DNA from: Deltaproteobacteria bacterium
GTDB lineage: Bacteria > Myxococcota > UBA727 > VGSZ01
DNA length: 64,000 bases
Direction: 5' to 3'
Assembly: GCA_020850995.1 (NCBI GenBank)
Contig: JADZDP010000081.1
Span: forward strand, 5,830-69,829
The position numbers were made by a program, and so were the translations under genes. Position 1 is the stretch's first letter. Every line of letters starts with the position of its first letter. Positions 58,558-64,000 of this stretch are shown piece by piece. The notes under the pieces were generated by a model. The model saw nothing but the letters and a program-made list of their open reading frames with translations. It made no database searches and was not told where the DNA came from.

Positions 58558-59388
58558 TCAGCCCTTCGCGTTGCGACGACGCACGATGAGGTTGTCGGTG
58601 CGCTTGTTGTGCCGGGTCTTGTGGCCCTTGGTGGGCTTGCCCCACGGCGTCACCGGGTGACGACCACCAGAGGTGCGGCCTTCGCCGCCACCGTGCGGGT
58701 GATCGATGGGGTTCATCGACACGCCGCGCTGGTGCGACTTCTTGCCGAGCCAACGCTTGCGGCCAGCCTTGCCGAGCTGAATGAGCTCGTGCTCGGCGTT
58801 GCCCACCTGGCCGATGGTGGCCATGCAATCGGCCATCACCATGCGCGTCTCGCCCGAGGGCAGGCGAACCTGCGCCATGGTGCCCTCGCGCGCCATCAGC
58901 TGCGCCGACGAGCCCGCGCTCCTCACCATCTGCCCGCCGTGACCCGGCTTGAGCTCGATGTTGTGGATTTGCGTGCCCACGGGGATGTTCTTGAGCGGCA
59001 GGTGGTTGCCGGGCTTGATGTCGGCGTCGGCGGCGGTCACCACCGTGTCGCCGACGTTCAGGCCCACGGGCGCCAGGATGTAGCGCTTCTCGCCGTCGAG
59101 GTAGTGCAGGAGCGCGAGGCGCGAGGTGCGGTTGGGATCGTACTCGATGGCCGCGACCTTGGCCGGCACACCCTGCTTGTCGCGCAGGAAGTCGACGTTG
59201 CGGTACTTGCGCTTGTGGCCGCCGCCGCGAAAGCGCACGGTGACGCGGCCGGTGTTGCCGCGACCGCCGCTCTTGGCGGCACCGGTGGTGAGGGACTTCT
59301 CGGGCTTCGACTTCGTGATCTCGGTGAAGTCATGCCCGGTCATCCCGCGACGACCCTTGGAGTACGGCTTGTAGACGCGGATGCCCAT
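58558..59388 (-). CDS. rplB: 50S ribosomal protein L2
   Basis: [14 protein letters not shown]... ATG 59388 is preceded by AGGGAG. The ORF-track extension to 59499 is rejected. Confidence 0.9.
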   Translation of the reverse strand: MGIRVYKPYSKGRRGMTGHDFTEITKSKPEKSLTTGAAKSGGRGNTGRVTVRFRGGGHKRKYRNVDFLRDKQGVPAKVAAIEYDPNRTSRLALLHYLDGEKRYILAPVGLNVGDTVVTAADADIKPGNHLPLKNIPVGTQIHNIELKPGHGGQMVRSAGSSAQLMAREGTMAQVRLPSGETRMVMADCMATIGQVGNAEHELIQLGKAGRKRWLGKKSHQRGVSMNPIDHPHGGGEGRTSGGRHPVTPWGKPTKGHKTRHNKRTDNLIVRRRNAKG

Positions 59389-59628
59389 CCCCAAACTCCC
59401 TTCGGCCATAGTGACGAGGCGCTTGGGGTGCGACTCGCCGTATCGGCCGTGACGAAGGCCCGCGGGGGCCGGCTGTGCGCGCCCGGGGGCGCTTCCCAAC
59501 TGTTTCTTCGTCGACCGCGGAGCGCCTCACGGCGCGCACGACACGACGAGGACGCGACCGGGGTGAGCCGATCGCTGTGGTCTCGTGTCATACCCATGCG
59601 GCTTTGCCAAGGGCTTTCTTGGGTGGCG

Positions 59629-61263
59629 CTATCGCCCCACGCGCCGCGCGCGCTGATCCTCGTAGAGCGACACCGGCGCGAGCGTGGCCCCCTGCCCCGC
59701 GCCCTCGACGAAGTCGGCGGGCTCGGTGCCGAGCCCGCGTCCCCAGAAGTCCTCGACGTCGGTGAGCACCTCGGTGTCGGTGGTGCCGATGACATAGCCC
59801 CAGCCGTACTGCAGCGAGCGCACGAAGCCGCCGCGCAGGTTCCAAAAGACGTTCTCGGTAGCGCTGTGGCCAGCACCGGAGCTCTCGGCGCCACGGTTGA
59901 CGGCACCCCAGCCGTCGGTGCTGACGGCGCCGTCGATGAGGTTCGCCATGGCGAGCGAGTGGTGGAACTCCGAGGTGCCGACGACGCTGCCGAAGTCCGT
60001 CTCCATGCGCCCGTCGACGCTCTCGACGCGCAGGAACACGCAGCCGTTGGTGTTGAAGTCCCAGTTCTGGATGAAGTTGTGGCGACCGTTCCTCCCCACG
60101 CTGTCCTTGATGAGCACCTCGCTCGAGCGCAGAACCTCGAACAGGTAGCCGTTGCCACCGCTGCCCCGGTGCTGGGCGTTCTCGAGGGTGACGCCGTCGA
60201 TGGTGACGCGCTTGCTGGTGGCCACGAGCACACCGCCGGACTGCAGGTGCCCGTCGTCGCTGGCGGTGGGCGGTCGGAAGGACGTGGTGCGCGCCACCCA
60301 CGCGTCCTTCACCGACTCGAAGGCGAGCACGTGCGCGCGATCTTGGCTTCTCGCCACCGTCGCGTCGATGGCGTTGGCGAGCGCAAGATCGAGCACGCCC
60401 ACGTCGTGGAGCATGCCCTCGACGCGGCGCACGCTGGCCTGATCGCGCACGAGGAGCGCCGAGCGCAGCGGCACGTCGAGGGTGACGCGGGCGCGGGTCA
60501 CGCCGTCGAGCTCGCGATCCTCGACGGCGATCACGGTGCGACGAAAGAAGGCGCGCCATTGACCGTTTGCCACCTGCCAGGTGCCCGTCATGCCGTGCTC
60601 GTCGACGAAGGCGTCGGTGATCACCATGCCGACGTCCACGTCGTCGCCCGCGGCGAGCGGCGCGTCGGCCGCGAGCCACAGCTCGTGACTGCGCGCCTCG
60701 CCGTCGACGACCAGGGGCAGGTCGGGCCCCTCCGTGGGCGAGCCGTGGAAGCTGATGCTCGCGCGGCCGTGCAGGTCGCTGGCCGTGAAGAAGAGCTGTG
60801 AGGACGGGCCCGCGCCCTGCAGGAGCACGCCTGGCGTCGTCACGGTGAGCAGGCCGTCGAAGCGGTACTGGCCCGGCGGAAAGAGCACGGTGCCACCCGC
60901 GGGGTCGGCGTCGGCGGCGAGCTCGTCGAGGATCGCTTGCACCGCCGCGCTGCTGTCGGTGGCGCCCGTTGGATCGGCGCCGCGCGCGACCACGTCGACG
61001 ACGGGGCCGGGCACCGTCTCCGGGTACGCCTCGCCGTTGAGGTAGCCCGCGTAGCTGAAGTCGTGCAGGAAGCGGCCGCGCTCGTCGGTGAAGCGCGGGG
61101 TCCAGTCGCTCGGGTAGAGCGCGGAGCGCCACGGCCCTCCGTCCCCGTCCCCCTCGCCCTCGCCCTCACCCTCGACCCCGCCTGCGTCGCTCGGCGCGGA
61201 GCTCGGCGCCGGGCACGAGGAGAGCGCCACGGCCATCACCAACGATGTCCACGCGCGGGCCAC
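59629..61263 (-). CDS. secreted lipoprotein with a right-handed parallel beta-helix (pectate-lyase-fold / glycosidase-like) domain
   Basis: Lipobox LSSC after a 14-aa signal peptide; a (GE)n/(GD)n linker; TVLFPPGQYRFDG, typical of pectin-lyase-fold proteins. GTG 61263 is the start. Confidence 0.55.
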   Translation of the reverse strand: MARAWTSLVMAVALSSCPAPSSAPSDAGGVEGEGEGEGDGDGGPWRSALYPSDWTPRFTDERGRFLHDFSYAGYLNGEAYPETVPGPVVDVVARGADPTGATDSSAAVQAILDELAADADPAGGTVLFPPGQYRFDGLLTVTTPGVLLQGAGPSSQLFFTASDLHGRASISFHGSPTEGPDLPLVVDGEARSHELWLAADAPLAAGDDVDVGMVITDAFVDEHGMTGTWQVANGQWRAFFRRTVIAVEDRELDGVTRARVTLDVPLRSALLVRDQASVRRVEGMLHDVGVLDLALANAIDATVARSQDRAHVLAFESVKDAWVARTTSFRPPTASDDGHLQSGGVLVATSKRVTIDGVTLENAQHRGSGGNGYLFEVLRSSEVLIKDSVGRNGRHNFIQNWDFNTNGCVFLRVESVDGRMETDFGSVVGTSEFHHSLAMANLIDGAVSTDGWGAVNRGAESSGAGHSATENVFWNLRGGFVRSLQYGWGYVIGTTDTEVLTDVEDFWGRGLGTEPADFVEGAGQGATLAPVSLYEDQRARRVGR

Positions 61264-61327
61264 GCCCGGCTAGTATCGAACAGACGTTCGGTTGCAATGC
61301 CGTTGGCGCCGCGAGCGCGGCCGCAGG

Positions 61328-62560
61328 TCACGGCAGGCGGCGTGCCAGTACCACGCCGGGCACCGTGGCGCGGCTGCGCACCCCGGCGAGGATGCGGCCG
61401 GCGTAGGACTCAAGGTGCGCGAACAGCTCCTCTGCGTCCGCGTCGACCTCGATGACGCCAGGCGTGCCGGTCTTCTCGATGAGCCCGAGGCGGGCCTTCG
61501 GCGGCGGGTGCTCGTCGTCGCGCTGAGGTGGGCGCCGGCTCCAGCGACCAACGACCGCTCGAGCGTCGGCCGCGCGCGTCGCGCGCATCTCGTCGAGATC
61601 GAGGCCGTCGCGCTCGGCGGCCTCAGCGAGGCGGCTCAGGCGGGCCAGCGACGACTTCATCGCGTCCGACCCTCCAAGCGCCGCGCCCGCGCGATCGGCG
61701 TCCACCTCCTGCGCGCGGCCCATGGCGCGACAAGCGATCATCCCAAGCCACAGCAGCGGACGGAAGACCACGAACAGCACGGCGCGCAGCGCGAGCTGCA
61801 AGATCAGGGTGATGACACCCGAGGGCTCGGTCTCGACGAGGTTCGCGCTGCCGATCAGCGGCCACAGCAGCGTGCGCGTCACCACCGTGCTCAGCTTGCG
61901 CGCCGTGCCCTGCTGGAAGTGCCGGAGCTCGTGGCCGATGACGCAGGCCAGCTCGCGCACCGAGAGCGACAGGATGAGCGGCAGCCCCAAGGTCATGGTG
62001 GTGCGTCGCCCGTCGAAGCGCGCGCTCGCGTTGATGTCGGCGTCGAGGCGCACCTCGTCGGGCGCGCGCGTTCCCAAGGCGCTGGCGCACCGATCGATGA
62101 GCGCAAACAGCGCGGGCTCGCTCTGGCGGGTGACCACCACGCTGGTGCCTTCGCCTCGGTCACGCGGCAAGCGCGCGAACATGGCGTGGACGAGCGCGAG
62201 CGCAAACGCCGCCAGGGTGACGCCGACGCCAAGCACGGCGACGCGCAACCGCACCGGGATGCCGGGATCGAACGCAAGGACGCAGACCGCCACCCCCACG
62301 GCGCCGAGCGCGCCGATGATCCCCACGAACAAGAGCGGGGCCGACAGTGCGAGCGGGGCGAGTATGAGCGCCAGCATCACGTAGGCGCCGTGCACGGGCG
62401 GCGCCACGACCGCGGGGCCCTGGCGCGCGAGCCCCCGTGCCAACTCGATGTGGCGCGGCACGCGCCGCGTGGGCTCGCTGAGGAGCGCGCCAGGCACGAC
62501 GGGGAGCCCGTCGTCCCACTCGGTGGTCCTGCGGGGGGTGCCGCGTGCACAGCCTTGCAT
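61328..62560 (-). CDS. M48-family zinc metallopeptidase (HtpX-like), membrane-anchored
   Basis: Two TM helices, then HELRH (HExxH), then EVDADRAGA (ExxADxxA). The start is uncertain: ATG 62560 or GTG 62662. Confidence 0.55.
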   Translation of the reverse strand: MQGCARGTPRRTTEWDDGLPVVPGALLSEPTRRVPRHIELARGLARQGPAVVAPPVHGAYVMLALILAPLALSAPLLFVGIIGALGAVGVAVCVLAFDPGIPVRLRVAVLGVGVTLAAFALALVHAMFARLPRDRGEGTSVVVTRQSEPALFALIDRCASALGTRAPDEVRLDADINASARFDGRRTTMTLGLPLILSLSVRELACVIGHELRHFQQGTARKLSTVVTRTLLWPLIGSANLVETEPSGVITLILQLALRAVLFVVFRPLLWLGMIACRAMGRAQEVDADRAGAALGGSDAMKSSLARLSRLAEAAERDGLDLDEMRATRAADARAVVGRWSRRPPQRDDEHPPPKARLGLIEKTGTPGVIEVDADAEELFAHLESYAGRILAGVRSRATVPGVVLARRLP

Positions 62561-62644
62561 AGGCGCACGCTCGGCCGACGGCGCGCGCTCGGCAAGGAGG
62601 TCCACGCCCGTGGGAGTGACACTCGGCAACACGCGCCTCTCGCA

Positions 62645-62697
62645 GCCCCAAAAAAAGCGCACGGGAGGGTGCCGCCACAGTGGCGCCCTCCCGTGCG
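62645..62697 (-). terminator. intrinsic (Rho-independent) terminator immediately 3' of rplW
   Basis: Minus-strand transcript reads CACGGGAGGGCGCC-actgt-GGCGGCACCCTCCCGTG followed by CGCTTTTTTT. Confidence 0.7.
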
Positions 62698-62751
62698 TTG
62701 CAGCAGACGAGCCAGCGATCGCTCGTGCGCGATCGCGATGCTCAGCCCTGC

Positions 62752-63084
62752 TCAGCCCTGCTCGGGCCCAGGAACCGGCGGCACCTCGCCGGTCGGCGTG
62801 GTGCCGAACACGTCGAGATCCGTCCCCTCGGCCAGCGTGACCACAGCCTTCTTCCAGTTCTGGCGCATGCCCTGCGAGGAGCCCACGCGCTTGTGCTTGC
62901 CACGGAACACCATGGTCTGCACGTCGGTGACCTTGACCTCGAACAGCTTCTCGACGGCGGCCTTGACGTCGAGCTTGTTGGCGCGGCGATCGACCGCGAA
63001 CACCACCTTGCGGGCCTCTGCCTTCAGGGCCGAGGCCTTCTCGGTGACGATGGGCTTCTTGATGACGGTGTACAGGCTCTTCAT
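62752..63084 (-). CDS. rplW: 50S ribosomal protein L23 (with a roughly 15-aa Pro-rich C-terminal extension)
   Basis: MKSLYTVIKKPIVTEKA... ATG 63084 is preceded by GGAG. Confidence 0.85.
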   Translation of the reverse strand: MKSLYTVIKKPIVTEKASALKAEARKVVFAVDRRANKLDVKAAVEKLFEVKVTDVQTMVFRGKHKRVGSSQGMRQNWKKAVVTLAEGTDLDVFGTTPTGEVPPVPGPEQG

Positions 63085-63095
63085 GACGGCTCCGA

Positions 63096-63719
63096 TCACT
63101 CGCCCAACAGGCGCTGGGTGATCGTTTGGACTGCCGCTTCCGTCATCACCAGCGACGGGTAGCGCAGCAGATCGACCACGTTGAGGCCGTTCACGTTGAG
63201 GTAACGGGAGTCGGCCAGGTTGCGCGCGGACTTCGCGAGCTTCTCGTTGTCAGCATCGACGATGAGCGTGCAGCCGGTCTTGAGCGCGTCGAGCGCGCCC
63301 TTGACCGCCTTGGTCTTCATCTCGCGCAGCTCGAAGCTCTTGACCACGCGGAGGTTGCCCTCCTTGACCTTGAGCGTGAGCGCGCAGGCGAGCGCGGCAC
63401 GCCGCTTCGCCTTTGGCATCGCATACTCGTAGTCGCGCGGCTTGGGCGCGAAGGCCACACCGCCGCCGCGGAAGTGGGGCGCCTTCTCGTCGCCCTGCCG
63501 CGCGTTGCCGGTGTGCTTTTGCCCGTAGGGCTTCTTGGTGGTTCCGTTCACTTCCGTGCGGGTCTTCACCGACTGGGTGCCGCGGCGCGCCTTGGCGCGC
63601 TGCCACTGCACTACCTCGGTGAGCAGGTACTTCTTGATCGGCGCCGCGAAGACCTGATCGTGCAGCTCGATGCTGCCGACCTTCTTCCCGGAGAGATCGA
63701 TGACGTCGTGGTTTGCCAT
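63096..63719 (-). CDS. rplD: 50S ribosomal protein L4
   Basis: [25 protein letters not shown]...[13 protein letters not shown] is the uL4 signature. ATG 63719 is preceded by GGAGA. Confidence 0.85.
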   Translation of the reverse strand: MANHDVIDLSGKKVGSIELHDQVFAAPIKKYLLTEVVQWQRAKARRGTQSVKTRTEVNGTTKKPYGQKHTGNARQGDEKAPHFRGGGVAFAPKPRDYEYAMPKAKRRAALACALTLKVKEGNLRVVKSFELREMKTKAVKGALDALKTGCTLIVDADNEKLAKSARNLADSRYLNVNGLNVVDLLRYPSLVMTEAAVQTITQRLLGE

Positions 63720-63732
63720 GGGTGTCTCCGGT

Positions 63733-64000
<268 letters not shown>

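Overview
Very GC-rich segment (well above 65% by eye) that looks chromosomal and Myxococcales-type; two secreted proteins end in MYXO-CTERM-like sorting signals. The basis for every call is reading the ORF translations and the DNA; no searches were run.

Gene content, left to right:
- 1-8.4 kb: a translationally coupled glycan-biosynthesis locus. It contains a flippase-like C-terminus, a SAM methyltransferase, three GT2 genes, an RgpF/rhamnan-synthesis-F-like gene, two GT4 genes and a WecA/MraY-family priming transferase.
- 8.3-16.1 kb, minus strand: a type IV pilus block in M. xanthus order, pilB-pilT-pilC-pilS-pilR. No pilA follows pilR.
- 16.2-17.9 kb, minus strand: aroE and ribF upstream of pilB.
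- 18-23.8 kb: a 1320-aa secreted subtilase-like + FG-GAP-repeat protein with a MYXO-CTERM tail, coupled to a lipoprotein and a class-V aminotransferase.
- 23.8-32.1 kb: yyaL-yceI, a membrane class III adenylate cyclase, an OmpA/TSP3 protein, and a secreted protein carrying a long (Gly-Glu)n array.
- 32.2-36.3 kb, minus strand: a glpT-like MFS transporter, a HAD hydrolase, a 562-aa secreted hypothetical and rpsU, in one apparent transcription unit.
- 36.4-45.6 kb: a HEAT-repeat protein coupled to ACT-SerB; kup divergent from a KdpD-core histidine kinase and KdpE-like regulator; an acyl-CoA dehydrogenase; a thioesterase; an SDR.
- 46.3-64 kb, minus strand: the S10/spc/alpha ribosomal-protein supercluster.

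The ribosomal cluster is atypical in several ways:
- rplC, rpsN, rpsD, infA and map are not at their canonical positions.
- An M48 metallopeptidase gene and a beta-helix lipoprotein gene sit between rplW and rplB, behind a clean intrinsic terminator.
- adk carries an in-frame ~110-aa Lys/Ala/Thr/Pro-rich, histone-H1-like tail encoded by 18-bp tandem repeats.
- Several r-proteins have Lys/Ala-rich extensions.

Other points:
- A palindromic REP-like intergenic element occurs at least twice, after pilB and after rpsK, in the same orientation.
- No tRNA or rRNA genes, CRISPR arrays, transposases or integrases were recognised.
- Gene starts are inferred from overlapping ATGA/GTGA junctions and Shine-Dalgarno motifs and are less certain than stops.
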